64,000 nt of DNA from Mobula hypostoma (GCF_963921235.1 NC_086097.1:210430001-210494000), one strand, 5' to 3'. Positions 1 through 14,010 are shown, counted from the first letter of the stretch. A program made the numbers and translations. Notes: generated from the sequence alone by a model not told the origin.

Positions 1-3000
1 TTATATTCTAGTACTCTCAAAATGAACACTTGCCTTTCTTACCACTGACTCAATCTGCAAGTTAACTCGTAAGGAATCCTGCACAAGGGTTCCAAAGGCC
101 CTTTGCACCTCAGATTTTTGAATTTTCTCCCCATATAGAAAATAATCTATGCCTTTATTCTTTCTATCAACATGTATGGCAATACATTTCTTCACATACT
201 CTCCCAATCTATCTTAGTGTTGCGGCAGCAGGGAGCCTGCAGAAGGAGTAAGTGCCCCAGCACCTGTTGTCCACAAAACCATTAATTTCATCACCCATAC
301 AGTATGATTGTCATACAGTTTGAAAAGAAGTGGTCCCAATACCGACCCCTGCGGAACAGCACTAGTCACCGGCAGCCAACAAGCAAAAACTCACTTTATT
401 CTCACTCTTTGCCACATGCCAGTCACCCAATTGTCATCCATGCCAGTATCTTTCCTGTCATTTAACTTGTTAAACAGCCTCAAATGTGGCACTTTGTCAA
501 AGGCCTTGCGAAAATCCAAGTAAACAACATCCACTATCATTTGTCTACCTTGCCTGCTATTTCCTCAAAGAATTCCAAACAGATGTGTCAGGTAAAATTC
601 TCCCTTAGCCATGGTGACTTTAACCTATTTTATCATGTGCCTCCAATTACCCTGAAACCTCAACCCTAATAATAAAATCATTCTAACCACTGAGGTCTGG
701 CTAACTGGCTATAGCTTACTTTTTTTCTGCTTCCCTCCCTTCTTAAAGAATGGAGTGACATTTGTAATGTTCTACTGATTCTTGAAAGATCATCCCTAAT
801 GCCTCCACAATCTCTTCAGCTATAGTCCACCTGGTCCAGGTAACTTATCAACCTTCAGACCTTTCAGCTTCCCAAGCACCTTCTCCTTAGTAATAGCATT
901 GGCACTCACTTCTGCTCCCTGACTTTCTCAAATTTCTAGCATAATGTTAGTCTTCCTCAGTGAAAACTGTCACAAAATGCTTATTAATTTGTCCACTATT
1001 TCTTTGTTCCCCATAACTACCTCTTCAGCGTCATTTGCCAGCAGTCTGATATCCACTTTCATCCCTCTTTTACTTCTTATGCACCTGAAGAAATATTTGG
1101 TATCTTTTTTATGTTATTGTCTAACTTAATTTCATGTTTCAATCTTTTCTCTGCTTTTTGCTTTTTTATTTTAAGTTGCCTTCTGTTGATTTTTAAAAGC
1201 TTCCCAACTCTAACTTTCCATTAATCTTTTCTACATTTCTGCCCTCTTTTTTCCTTTTATGCCATCTTTGACTTAATTTGTCAGCCACGGTTGCCTCATC
1301 CTCCCTGTAGAATATTTCTTCAACTTTGGGGTGTATCCATCCTGTAGCTTCTGAATCGGCCCCAGAAACTCCAGCCACTGCTGCTCTGCCATCATTCCTG
1401 TGAGTGTCTCAGACATGACTCAGTGATGCCCACAATGTAATACCTGCAAATCTCTAACTGCGCTACAAGATCATCTATCTTATTCCACATACTGCCTGCA
1501 TTCAAATACAAAACCTTTAGTCCTATATTCATAACCCTTTTCACTTTTGCCTCATCCCACTGACTGCAATTTTGCCTCATCACCTTCCTATCCTTCCTCA
1601 GTCTCACTGCACATGTACACAAAGTGCCCATCTTCAGCCCTATCACTCTAGTTCCCATCCCCCCAACGAATTATTTTAAATCCTTTCCAAATCCGAACAG
1701 CTCTAGCACACCTGCCTGCAAGAAGATTGGTTCCTTTAGGTTCAGGTGTAACCCATCCGTTTTGTACAGGTCATACCGACCCCAGTGATCCAGAAATGTG
1801 GAGGTCTTGCTCGTCAGCCTCTTCCCCAACTTCCTAAACTCACTGCGCAGGAGCTGTTCCCCATCTCTAGTCCTGCCATTGGTACCGATGTGCACCATTA
1901 CCTCTGGCTGCTCACCCTCTCGAGAATATCTTGCAGCCACTCTGAGACATCCTTTACTCTAGCACCTGAGAAGCAACACCCTGGTGTCTTTTCTGTGGCC
2001 ACAGAATCTGTTGTCTGTTTCCTTAACTATTGAATCTCCTATCATTATCAATGACATTTATGAGACTGGAATAATACCAGAAGAGATGAAAAAAAAATCA
2101 GTATTTATCACTCTTCCTAAGAAACCTGGAGCAATAGAATGTGAATTACATAGGACCATAAGTTTAATAAGTCATATCACCAAGATACTTCTAAGAATTT
2201 TTATGACAAGAACTAAAAGTAAGATACAAGCTGAAATAGGTAACGAACAATGTGGTTTTGTGAAAGACAAAGGTTAAAGAAACGCAATATTGATGTTAAG
2301 GATACTATCAGAAGGAGCTATTAAAGTGCAAAAAGATTTGTTTGTTTTATCAACAACACAAAAGCATTTGATAAAGTGAAGCACAGTAAGTTATTTTGAA
2401 ATATTACAGAAAACTCTAGATCTAGTTTCGGAAGACCTCCGCCTAATCAGAAATCTGTACTGGGAACAAACCGCCGCTGTAAGGATAGATGGAGAAGTGA
2501 GTCAGTTTACGAAAATCAAGAGAGGCGTTAGACAAGGGTGTGTTTTCTCCCGATTTATTTAATATGTACAGTGAAACAATATTATAAAATATAAGAGACA
2601 CCTTGGGAGTCAAAGTTGGCAGTGAAAACATCAAGAATTTCAGATATGCAGATGACACTGTGTTAATTGCAAGTATGGAGGAAGAACTACAAAACTTAAT
2701 TTATATAATCGTTGAAGAAAGTGCAAAAATGGTTCTATATCAAATGCAAAAAGACAGAATGTATGGTGATATCCAAAAAGAAGGAGAGTCCTATCTGCAG
2801 GCTGAGAACAAATGGGGATGACATAAAACAAGTACAGAACTTTTGCTACTTAGGAAGCTGGGTGACATCAGATGGCAGGTGCGACATGGACATCAAAAGA
2901 AGAATAGGGATGGCAAAACACACCTTTATGAGAATGAAGAGTATACTGACCAATACTAAACTGAGCATGACAATCCGCCTCAGAGTACTGAAATGTTACG

Positions 3001-3790
3001 TTTATCCAGTTATGTTATATGGCTCAGAATGTTGGACAATATCTAGTAACATGAGGAAACGAATTGAAGCAGCAGAGATGAGGTTTTTGAGGAGGATGCA
3101 AAGAATATTATGGACGAAACAAATATCTAACGAGGATGTCATGAACACAGCAAGCACAAAAAGAGAAATAATGTATGAGATCATAAAAAGGCAATGTAAC
3201 TTCATTGGACATGTGATTAGCAAAGAGTTGCTAGACTGCACGGTAATTATGGGAAAGATTGAAGGGAAGAAAGCAAGAGGAAGGCAAAGACAAATGATGA
3301 TGGAGGCAGCAGCTAGAGAACTGGAAATGAATACCAATGAATTGATCCACTTGACCCGAAACAAGAGTGTGTGGGCCATGGCAGTCAAAGCTCAACCTGG
3401 GCATGGCACCTGATGATGATGATGATCATTACCACAGCACCTGACTTTACACTTCCATGCACCAGCCCCAGCAGTACCCAAAGGGGTAAACTTGATGCTG
3501 AGGAGAATGGCCTAAGAACTCTGCACTAACTGCTTACTTCACTTACCTCTCCTGGTGGTCACCCATCTATTACTTGAAGCCTGCACTCTGCATGTGACCA
3601 CCTCAGTATAATTCTCATCTATGAAGTTTTCAGTTTCTCGGATGGTCCTGAGTACATCCAGCTCCAGTTCCTTGGCATTGTCAGTCAGGAGCTGAAGTTT
3701 GTGCACTTCCTGCAGATATCATCATCAGGGAGATTGTTAGGTACCCTACAATCCTATATCTTAGAGAAGCATTCCATTGCCTTAGCTACC
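1..3790 (-). mobile_element. Degenerate CR1 LINE (ORF2 RT/endonuclease fragments plus ORF1 SGNH-esterase region), interrupted by an RTE insertion
   Basis: Minus-strand fragments encode CR1-type motifs: LYLNAGS..NKIDDLVAQLE (endonuclease start), VMVHIGTN and DGLHLN (ORF1 esterase), and the complement of the VPQGSVLGP RT motif near 330-360. Many stops and frameshifts. Confidence 0.85.
2048..3424 (+). mobile_element. 5'-truncated RTE-clade LINE
   Basis: RT fragments (FITLPKKPGAIECELHRTISL, RYADDTVL, YLGSWVTSDGRC, LYGSECWT, GKIEGKKARGRQR), a (TGA)n 3' tail at ~3411-3425, and TSD ATCATTA at 2041-2047 and 3425-3431. Confidence 0.9.
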
Positions 3791-4149
3791 ATCCTGCCTA
3801 CATTTGTTATACCTTTCACTTTAACTTCTTAAGCTCAAGTTCTACAATCAACTAAGTGACTCCAAAAGACTCAGCACCTTTCGCCTATGCCTAAGCCTGG
3901 TCACTCCAACATACAACTGAATTATTTTATGAGACTTGAGTTTACAAATGGCTCCCACCCTGCAAGATGTTGCTCTCTCACTCACTACTTGTAACGAGTA
4001 TGGCATCTTCTAGTCCAATCTGATTAAAAATGGCAAGTAGGGAAGCAAACATGAGGCAAAGTGTCACAACATTTAGAATTGACAGTATTTGTGAAATGAG
4101 ATTTTCCAGTATGAATGTAGCAAAAATAGTACTTTTTGATTGAATGCAA

Positions 4150-4830
4150 CTGCCAAGAATCTCAAAATCTCAGATGGCAACGAGACAGTATACATGAATG
4201 AGACACAAAAACCTTGCAATGTCAGCAACACTAAAGATTTGATTGTGGACTTCAGGAAAGGGAAAGTCAGGAGAACAAGCACTAGTCCTCATTGAGAGGT
4301 CAGGGTGGAGACCGTGAGCAGCTTTAAGTTCCTGCTGGGTAACGTCATCAAGGATCTCTCCTGAGCTCAACATATTGATGGTACATGGGCAGCCCTACAT
4401 TGCTAGGAGTTTAAGGAGATTTGGTAATTTGTTAATTTCTACAGATGTATGATGCAGAGCATTCTGACTGGTATGGAAACTCCAATACACAGGATTACAA
4501 AAGGCTGCAAAGGGTTGTAGACTCAGCTAGCTCTATCTCAGGCACCATCTTTCCCACCATCAAAGACAGATGGTGTCTCAAGACAACGGCATGCATCATT
4601 ATGGAGTCTCACCATTCTGGACAAACCCTCTTCTTGTTACTACTTTCAGAGAGGAGGTATAGGAAAGAGAAGACCTACATTCAACAATTCAGGAATAACC
4701 TCTTGGCCTTCATCATCAGATTTCTGGAAGGTCCATGAATGCTACCCCATTACGCCTTTTTTTTTTGCATTATTTATTTTATAATCTTATTGTTTTGCAC
4801 TGTACTGCTCCTATGAAAACCTGGAAATTG
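4150..4830 (+). mobile_element. Rex1/Babar-like LINE 3' fragment (old)
   Basis: Degenerate NVSNTKDLIVDFRK, WYGNSNTQDYKRLQRVV and HSGQTLFLLLLSERRYR motifs, typical of the Rex1 RT C-terminus. Confidence 0.75.
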
Positions 4831-4887
4831 CTGTCGAAGACCCCTCTTGCTCCAAGAAAAGTAGCATTTTGCAACCTACTCCAGGTA

Positions 4888-5660
4888 GGAAACTTTGTCA
4901 CATGGTGTGAGCAGAATTATCTGCAGCTTAATGTGAAAAAGACTAAGGAGCTGGTGGTAGACCTGAGGAGAGCTAAGGCACCGGTGACCCCCGTTTCCAT
5001 CCAGGGGGTCAGTGTGGACATGGTGGAGGATTACAAATACCTGGGGATACGAATTGACAATAAACTGGACTGGTCAAAGAACACTGAGGCTGTCTACAAG
5101 AAGGGTCAGAGCCATCTCTATTTCCTCAGGAGACTGAGGTCCTTTAACATCTGTCGGACGACGCTGAGGATGTTCTACGAGTCTGTGGTGGCCAGTGCGA
5201 TCATGTTTGCTGTTGTATGCAGGGGTAGCAGACACCAACAGGATCAACAAACTCATTCGTAAGGCCAGTGATGTTGTGGGGATGGAACTGGACTCTCTGA
5301 CGGTGGTGTCTGAAAAGAGGATGCTGTCCAAGTTGCATGCCATCTTGGACAATATCTCCCATCCACTACATAATGAACTGTTTGGATACAGGAGTACATT
5401 CAGCCAGAGACTCATTACATCGAGATGCAACACGGAGCGTCATAGGAAGTCATTCCTGCCTGTGGCCATCAAACTTTACAACTCCTCCCTTGGAGGGTCA
5501 GACACCCTGAGCCAATCGGCTGGTCCTGGACTTATTTCCTGGCATAATTTACATATTACTGTTTAACTATTTATGGTTTTATTACTATTTAATTATTTAT
5601 GGTGCAACTGTAATGAAAACCAATTCCCCCCGGGATAAATAAAGTATGACTATGGCTATA
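4888..5660 (+). mobile_element. Rex1/Babar-like LINE 3' fragment (younger)
   Basis: WCEQNYLQLNVKKTKELVVDLRR, YKYLG..DNKLDW, LYFLRRLRSF and SFLPVAIKLYN; 3' end has AATAAA followed by a short tandem tail. Confidence 0.85.
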
Positions 5661-5904
5661 TAATCTTCAGAGATCAACACTTTCCCAATGCATTTACGAT
5701 TCTTGCTATTTGGGAGCCCTGAAGAGCCTTTGACCTGCAATGAATTTTCAGTGGGTTACTAATCCACATTTATTGCTTTACACCTCCCTAGTTACCAAAC
5801 ATCAATTGTGTATGGATTATCAAGCTCTTAGCTAGATTTTTGAAAGTTCAGATTTCAATGATACTTTATTTTTAAGCTGATATTTTCCAATTGAGTCATG
5901 GTCA

Positions 5905-6545
5905 TTGAATCATACAGCATAGAAAATGGCCAACAAGTTCACACTGACCAGAGTAATAATCTTATTTTCTAGCACTTGGTAATAGCTTTATATGCCTTGA
6001 AACTCAAGGGCTCGCCTAAAGAAAATTGAAATGTTGTCAAAGTGCCTGCCTTCTCGGGCAATGTGTTCCAAATTCCAATCACCCTGTAGGCAAGAAAATT
6101 TTTCATCAGATCTTTCCAAGTCTCTTATCCCTTTCCTAAACTTATGCCCTCCATTTTTATGCATCTTAGTCAATTAGGTCTATACTCACTGTAATTCAGA
6201 AGGATAAGAGGGGATCTGATAGAAACTTAGAAAATTATGAAAGGAATAAGTAAGATAGAGGCAGGAGAGCTAGTTCCACGGGTAAGTGAGTAGAACTAGG
6301 TCATAGCCCCTAGATTTAAGACAGAGATGAGATGTAACTGCTTTTCCCAGAAACTAGTGTGTCTGTGGAATTCTCTGCTCAAGGAAGCAGTACAGTCTAC
6401 CTCAAATATGTTTAAAACACAGTTAGATAAATGTTTGTATAGTAGGAGAATTAATAGTTATAGGGAAAAGGCAGATAGGTGGAGCTTTTTGAATGGAATA
6501 GCAGGCTCAATGGGCCAGAAAGCTGACTCCTGCTTTTATTTCTTA
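5905..6545. mobile_element. Two CR1 3'-end fragments in opposite orientation (about 5905-6170 minus, 6175-6545 plus)
   Basis: CR1 ORF2 C-terminal motifs (RGDLIET, FSQKLVCLWNSL, FKTQLDK) and the CR1 3' UTR. Confidence 0.65.
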
Positions 6546-6784
6546 CCTTCCTACTCTCTTACACGTGTCTGGAGATGTACCCACTCTAAATCCATCAAGG
6601 CATTTACTGTTTCCTTCCTTTTACAGGTAACATCCCCATTCCCAAATTCCCCATTTACAATATCCTTCTTCTTAGAGATGAAAATTACTTGTTTAGAACC
6701 TCACCTAAACCCCTTGGTTGTACAAAGAGATTGCTCTTTAATCTCTTATGGACTCTACTCTTTCCTTGGTTATCCTCAAGCTCC

Positions 6785-7352
6785 TAACGTAAAAATGCAT
6801 TAGAATTAAAGTTGTACTTTATCACTGCAGCGAAAATCTCATGTAGTTGCTTCATGTTCAGTTCCTGGTCGACTTCACTTTCACTACTGCATTTGGTTTT
6901 GATTGTTATCCTTTCCTCTTGCAATTGCATCAGCTCTTCATCTATCAGTTCTTGGTCATGGGATGCCAAAACCTCTTCAACATCATCTTCGTCAACTTCC
7001 ACAAGCCAAACTCACTTTGTCCTTACTTCGTTCACCACGATCGAAACGCTTAATTATGTCTAGTTTTACGCTAAGTGTAACACCCTTACGAGCTCTTTTA
7101 GGCTTTTCCGATACCGTAGAACTCATCTTGCTAACGGCTGCTCACAGGCACGTGTTTAAGCAATGCTGGCGAGAATGCCGTCCCGAATCCAGGGGAGAGC
7201 GGCTGCTTGGGGTCCGCGCTGCCTTTTATCGCGCGCTGATTTTTTTCGTAACAGTGAAAACACCTTCTGTTAGCAAAAACAGGGAACTAATGTAGGTCTT
7301 TCGTAACAGTGAGGTTTCATAAAGCGAACGTTTGAAAAGCGGGGGACACCTG
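6785..7352 (-). mobile_element. Tigger/pogo-like DNA transposon fragment
   Basis: ORF 6784-7002 (EVDEDDVEEVLASHDQELIDEELMQLQEE) resembles the acidic C-terminus of Tigger transposases. One terminus reads CAGGTGTCCCCCGCTTTT on the minus strand, ending at 7352 and flanked by TA. Confidence 0.7.
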
Positions 7353-7879
7353 TATATATTATAATAAATGTTATGTGTATATGTTTTTTTTCCTGTTTTT
7401 ACATGTAGAGTGGTTATTATCTGGAACTCACTGACAGAAGAGGTGGCAGAATCAATCTGTATATACAGTATATTTAAAAAAAATTAAACAAGCACTTCAC
7501 TTCATGGAAGGACATGGTCCTAGCGGGCAAATGGGATTAGTGCAGTGGTCAGCATGGATGTGATGGGTTTGAAGACTTATTTACAACTCTATAAATCTAA
7601 TGTAGGATTGTTCTGGAAAAGCATATTCATTGTGCAGAGTAACTTAAAATCTAGAAAACCGAAAAAAAAACCAATAGTATTGAATTAAACTGACTGAGCT
7701 GAAATCCTGACCATTTCTCAGGTACCCATGAATTCGACAGGCGAAAACATTGCTCTCGATATCATTCAATGTTGAGTTGCCCATACTCACAAGTGACCCG
7801 TGTTTACTCTTCCAAAATTTTGAAATCCTATATTAGATCAACTCCTCTCTGTCTTCCATTTTAATTGGTAATACATTTC

Positions 7880-9345
7880 ACTAAATTAACATATCTCTTT
7901 TTGCTTGATTTCTCTATTGAATGTAGCAACTCAACAACTTTCTGAAAGAGAACAATATTCTTGAAAATTTGCAGTCAGGTTTTAGAGCAAACTACAGACA
8001 GCATGGAGACAGCCCTTACCAAAATTGTCAGTGACCCCAGGCTCAGCACGGATGCCAATAGGGCCTCAGCTCTAACTTTCCAAGATCAAAATTCTTCCTT
8101 TAACACAATTGACACATATTCTCCTAGATCGCCATGAGAACTGGGTTGGTCTCTGTAGTAGTGTCCTTAGTTGATTTCGCTCATATCTCAGAAAGAAATT
8201 TTTTTTTTGTCTGTCATGGAGATAATTTTTTCTTAGAGATATGATGTACCTTTTGCGTTGCTCAAGAAAGCTGTCTTGGTCTCCTACTCTTCTCCTTACA
8301 CATGTTCTATGTATATGGGAGGCAAGGTTTAACGGTTGGCACAACATTGTGGGCTGAAGGGCCTGTACTGTGCTGTACCATTCTATGTACATGCTACCCT
8401 TAGGAGACATCATTAGAGAGCATCAACTTGATTTCCAGTTATGACACATAACTATACGTCTTGGTTGAGCCTAACGATGATACCGTCCTATCTCCTCCAA
8501 CTTCTGGTATTGCTGTAATAAACAAATGGATGAGCAATAATTTTGTAAAATTAAATTAAAATAAAACTGAAATACTTTTACTTGGACCCCAAGCCAAAAG
8601 ACCAAATTCTTGATAAAACTTGAGAACTTGGCTGCCCTTGCGAAAATCATAGTACAAGCCTGGGTGTGAAATTTGATTCAGATTTGAATTGTAAATTCCA
8701 CATAAAGTGATCACAGCAGCATTTCTACACTTAAGAAATATTGCAAAGGTATATCTATTTCTGTCACATAATGATGCTGAAAAACTAATTCATGTCTTTA
8801 TATCAAATAGACTAGATTACTGCAATGCACTCTGTAACTGGCCTTCCAAAGCAATCTATTGACAACTTATTCAGAATGCCATGGTTAGATTTTTAACAAA
8901 ATCCAGGATGAGGGAGCATATCACTCACATCACAGCTACTCTGCAATGGCTTCCTGTATCCTTCAGAATTGACTTTTACTTGTTTTTAAAGCTCTGTATA
9001 GTCTGGGTCCAGAATATATAACAGAATCGCTTTTGTTTTATGATTCTACTCAAGCTCTCAGGTCTTCTTCCACCTGTATCTTAAATTTAAACAATCTTCC
9101 TTAATTGAAGACTGGCAGGTCAGCTTTGTTTCTAAAAAAAACTACACTCCTAAACTGTGGAACTTAATAAACAAGGGATGCAGACTCAGTTGACACTTAC
9201 AAACACCAGCTCAAAACCTATTTACTTAACCTTGCTTTTAACTAACATCGTTTTGTCACTTTTTAATGTTTCTACTTTATCCTCTTGTAAAACACTTTGA
9301 ACTCCATTGTTTGTATGTAAAGTGCTCTATAAATAAGTTATTATT
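7880..9345 (+). mobile_element. Degenerate L2-clade LINE fragment with a small CR1 tail inserted at about 8310-8385
   Basis: Remnant motifs QSGFRANY..ETAL.KIV.D, KLN.NKTEILL.G, RLDYCNAL, EHIT..TATLQWLPV.FRIDF and FKHQLKTYL-like; 3' end ..GTGCTCTATAAATAAGTTATTATT. Confidence 0.75.
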
Positions 9346-9346
9346 G

Positions 9347-9800
9347 TTCTTGGCTTTGCCTATTGCTTGGCAGCTGGGGCTGGGGTCAAAGTGCTCGGCA
9401 GAGATGGTGCTCGGTGTCGGAGGGCTGGTCGAAGGCTCGAAGTTTTCGGACAGACTCAGACCGGACTGTGGTCGGGTGCTGCATTGGCAAGTTTGCGGCG
9501 CTGGAGGTTCATGGCAGGTAGAATTTTCTTCCTTCTACCGTCTGCGTGAGATGATGGGACTTTCGAGAGACTTTGAGACTTTTTTTTTTACTGTGCCCAT
9601 GGTCTGTCCTTTATCAAATTACGGTATTGCTTTGCACTGTGGTAACTATGTGTTATAATTATGTGGTTTTTATCAGTTTCTCAGTCTTGGTCTGTCTTGT
9701 GTTTCTGTGATATCATACTGGAGAAACATTGTATCATTTCTTAATGCATGCATTACTAAACGACAATAAAAGAGGACTGCGTGTCCTCATAATCTAATCC
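9347..9800 (+). repeat. Unclassified retroposon 3' portion (SINE or LINE tail)
   Basis: A GC-rich body, then a T-rich 3' region with AATAAA and a TAATC-repeat tail. Composition changes abruptly at both ends. Confidence 0.45.
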
Positions 9801-10573
9801 ACAGCAACCCTGGCATCACTCTCTCAGAGAAATTTTTCTAATTCTATTTGTCACACCCCCACCCATCCACAACAGAAAATGAATTTGTTTTCTCACTTTT
9901 CCAGTTCGCATTAAGGATGTTCGACCTGGAACATTAACTATGTCTCTTTCCACACACATTGACTGACTTGTTGAATATTTCCAGTATTTTGTATTTATTT
10001 TATGTTTCTTGTGTACTGTATCTTGTCCAGTACCTCTCCGGTTTATAAAACACAAACCACAAAAGCCTAGCAAGGGTTCATTACAAGCCTACCATAACTT
10101 ATCCATTTTTCAAATACTCTCTAAAATAAACTATTGTTATGCATGGCATTTTTTAAAAAGAAAAAAGAAACAAGGCATTAGCTTCACCATCTTCGCAATA
10201 GACAGAAGCTGTCCCTTCTTCATGTCAAACGTGACAACACTGACTGAAAATTTTGCAGAAAGAGAAGCAATAATCTTCCAGGCCCAGGACTGTCCAGTCG
10301 GATTTTCATACAGAGTTGAAACATTAAACACCGTTTTCTCTAATTACATACTCTAACCGACATGCTAATTGTTTCCAACATTTTCTTTGTTGTTCAGTAA
10401 ACATTTATTCATATTACCACCCCACCTACCCAGTGTCAATTTTCTTCAGAGATTCATTGTGTGAAAGGCCTAACTTACATTACCTTCTCTACCAATGCAC
10501 AAAAAAAAAACACACTCCGGGAAACAAGACAACTGTTCATTCTTGGTTCTCGGAGGGGATGCATTTTCCCGAC

Positions 10574-10894
10574 CTTGGCAGCTACATCGTACACGGATGT
10601 CCTCTTGCTGCAGTCACACAGATAGGTATGGACCCTGGAGGCGCCTTGCTCTCGGGCCAACCGCGCCGTTTCCTGGTTGCCCTCCGCGTCGATGTCCCAG
10701 AGGACGAGCACAGTTTGCAGCCGGGCGAACTGGAGGGCCACAAGGCGTCCGATACCGCTGCCCGCGCCCGTGATCAGCACAATCTCCCCGCTCACATTCT
10801 TCTTCCGTGCCGGCAAGACAAGCTTCACCAGAGCTTCTAGACTGAAATACAGCCAGAGCACTAGCGTACAGAGGGTCTCCAAGAAGATGTTCAT
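10574..10894 (-). CDS. SDR16C5: First coding exon of an epidermal retinol dehydrogenase 2-like short-chain dehydrogenase (SDR16C family); remaining exons not identified in the window
   Basis: ATG at 10894 gives MNIFLETLCTLVLWLYFSLEALVKLVLPARKKNVSGEIVLITGAGSGIGR..LVLWDI..GNQETA..YLCDCS..VYDVAAK: a hydrophobic N-anchor plus the TGxxxGxG Rossmann motif. It ends at a phase-0 donor AAG|gtcggg at 10573. It is adjacent to PENK as in other vertebrates. Confidence 0.85.
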
Positions 10895-11409
10895 TCTGCT
10901 CAGTCGTAGACACACAATTAATTCAGTCCTGACTTCTCCACACCGAATACCCTGACCGGGCTTGTTGTTAGAAAACAAGCGACCTTTGACCAAAACAGGT
11001 AAGCACTTAGCAATTATATGCGCTTCAAATGCATTTCCGGTTTTGCAAGCCACTGCTTGTTGCGCTTCTGTTTCTGGAACCTGCGATTACAGTTCTTGCT
11101 TGTATACTGTATATATTTCCCCTCTCAGTAATCAAGTACTGTAATGCCATCTACAGGTTTCGGAGATGCAGTTTGCTGCTTCATGCTGCTGTCGTGAAAA
11201 GAGAACTCTTACGTTAGCTTTCAAAATTGCATCTGTGGAGCTAGTTGCATGATCATTTCTTTACTTTATAAGCGATAAAGTGACTTTGCCAATTTTTTTT
11301 TAACATGGACTCAAATCAAAATGCCTTTTCTTTGGTATGAGTTGTAAAGCAGGACACAGAATTCAAAGGACCTACACAAAAATCGCAGCTGAACGTCTAC
11401 TTATGTGTC

Positions 11410-12135
11410 TGCCCATTGGCAGGTTGGAGAAGCAACACCTACGTTATATCTGGGTAGCCTCCAACCTGAGGGCATGATATCGAGTTCTTTAACATCTGGA
11501 AGTTTCTCCCCCTCCTCTACTCCACTCCCCATAGTGGCTCTCCTGTTACTACTTCTCTGCTCGCCATCTCCTTCTAGCCCGCCCCTTCCCTTTCTCCCAT
11601 GGTCCACTCTCTTATCAGGGTGCCACAGTGGCTTAGCGTTCCATAATTTGGAGTTCATTGCAGAACTGTTCTGTAGGGAGTCTCATGGAGTGTGTGGGTT
11701 TCCCGTGGGTGCTCTGGTTTCCTCCCACAGCCCAGGGACCTACCAGGTAGGTTAATTGGTCATTGTAAATTGTCTCTTGATTAGGTCAGGGTTTATTGGA
11801 GTTGTAGGGTTGCTGGGGCAGTGAGGCTTCAAGGGCCTACTCCATGTTGTATCTCTAAATAAATAATCGGATTCCTTCTTCTTTAGTCTTTTACCTCTTC
11901 CACCCATCACCTCCTAGCTTCTCGCTTCATCCCCTCTTCCCCAGCCACCCATCTTCCATTTCATCTGGTTTCATCTATCCAATGCTAGTTTATACTCCTT
12001 GCCTTCCTCCTACCTTTTTATTTTGGCTTCATTCCAGCCCCGATGAAAGGCCTCGGCCCAAAATGTCGACTGTTTACTTGTTTCTATAGATGCTGCCAGG
12101 CCCGCTGAGTTCTTCCAGCATTTTGTATGTGTAAC
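11410..12135 (+). mobile_element. Penelope-like element (PLE) 3' remnant, interrupted by a V-SINE
   Basis: GIY-YIG C-terminal remnant (LEKQHL..LGSLQPEGM), a pyrimidine-rich spacer, a decayed hammerhead motif at 12034-12072 and the GATGCTGCC..GCTGAGTT..CCAGCA tail. Confidence 0.65.
11618..11865 (+). mobile_element. tRNA-derived V-SINE (HE1-like)
   Basis: A-box-like AGTGGCTTAGCG, the V-domain GTGGGTTTCCCGTGGGTGCTCTGGTTTCCTCCCACA, and a (TAAA)n tail. Confidence 0.75.
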
Positions 12136-12944
12136 TTTGTCTCCAGCCCTGCAGATTTGCTCTTATTTTTAATTGTGAGCAATCCTGGTGAATCTTGAAT
12201 TTCTCAGTATTTCAAGACATCCACTAGAACTGCTGCATTACCTCTTTAATTACCTCTTAGTAAAAGTGTTGTATAATCAGAGATTCTGGCAAAATTAAAC
12301 ATTTATGAACCACTTCTTCCAAATGAGACACTTATGTGTCCCATACTCAATACAAAACTCAACAAACCCAAACAAGCAGGATTGGCAACCTTTCCTGTTT
12401 TTATTTCAGATTTCAAAGTTGCCACAAGTCCATTCCTTTGATAATTTAATTGGCTAGAATAGTATTGCAACTGGTTGTGCTTTTACCTTATAGCCTAAGT
12501 TGATCCTGTGTTTAGAATCTGTATTGAGCTTGTAGATGCTTCCTGTGACACCATAAAGACGTGTTAGTAGATTATTTGATTATTGTAATTGTTTTGGTGT
12601 AGGTGGGTGACAGGTAATCAGCAGGGAATTGATGGGCACACATAATAGGTTACAGAGAACAAGTGGAGGCATGGCACTAAGAGTCATTGTAGTCTGAACA
12701 TGCTGAATGACCATTTTCTAAGTCTTAAGAAAATATGAGAAACGTTATGATTCTGTTTGAAGAGCAATAAGCCGCAGATGCTTGAAAACTGAGATAAAAA
12801 GGTAATTGTTGGGATTACTCAGGGCAGACAGCAGCCAGATGAAAAAGAGTTAACATCTTAGATGAGTGATCCATTGTCAGAGCTGGAGAACTGATGAAAT
12901 AAGCTTGCTTAAAAGTGCAGAAAATTCAGTTCAGAGGCTGGAGA

Positions 12945-14010
12945 GAATAAGTCCAAAGATCCATGAATGTGGCAGCTGATAGATAAGGTTATTAAGGAGA
13001 CAAATAGGATAGTGGCCTTCATTAATCAGAGGACTGAATATAAGATCAGGAAAGTTATGCTTCAGCTCATTGCTTTTGTAACTCTCGGTTGGGCTAGCGG
13101 CTTAATCTAGGGAAAGACAGCCCTCGGCCCAGCCAAACTTAAAAAACCTTGTTTGGGTGGATGCTGCGCGATGTGTCCCCTGTAACAAACCAGTACCACG
13201 AAATAACAAACAGTACACAATATGCGATTAAACGATTGAGCTTTATAATTCTTAATTTGACTATATGGTTAGTAAAGGAACAAAAAAAAGAAAAGGGCCC
13301 ATTCTTATGAAACAGTCTGATGCGCAACGTTGGAGCTCACAGTTCAGTCCACTAGTTCCCCGTTGAGCTCCTCTGAGCGTAGCTGACCCTGGCTGCAAGT
13401 CCACTCTATCCAGCGGTCTACCAACTCTCTCTATTCACATCTTCTCTCTTCATCTCTCCCTGGCAAAAGACTGCAAAATCCCTGCTCCCAGACCCACAAG
13501 AAAGAACAACATCCCTCTCATTGGATAGACATTCCAAAGCCCCGTTATCTCTAGTCATAACCCAAATATTGCTGCTACAGAGAAACCATTACATTAGCAG
13601 TGAAACCTTACAGTGTGTTACAATTTTATAATTTATTTGAGTTGGAAAAATATATCCAAGAGAGAAAAAAACTAGTTTAGTGATATACCAAGGAGGTGCA
13701 AAAGATGATAAAAGGCATGTATCGAGTGGATTTTTCCAAGGCAGAAATGGCTAATACAAAGGGGCATAATTTTAAGATGATTGGAGGAAAGTATTAGGGT
13801 GCATATTAAGGATAAGTTTTTTTTACACAGGGTGGTGGAATGCCCTGCCAGGGGTGGTGGTAGAGGCAAATGCATTAGGAACATTTAAGAAACTCTTAGA
13901 AGGCACAGGGATAATAGAAAAATGGAAGGCTATGTAGGTGGGAAGGGTTAAATGGATTTTAGAGTGGATTAAAAAGTCAGCATGATGTCATGGGCCAAAG
14001 GTCCTATGTT
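12945..14010 (+). mobile_element. CR1 3' fragment split by a solo LTR
   Basis: CR1 ORF2 C-terminal sequence on both sides of 13077-13622, ending in a CTATGTTCTA tail. Confidence 0.65.
13077..13622. mobile_element. Solo LTR (546 bp)
   Basis: Termini TGTAAC...GTTACA (inverted). The 4-bp flanks CTTT/ATTT fit a TSD with one mismatch. It interrupts a CR1 fragment. Confidence 0.65.

Noticed and set aside
10895..11053. 53-residue N-terminal extension of the SDR16C5 ORF in the track
   Set aside because: The track start is a GTG codon, and family similarity begins only at the ATG at 10894.
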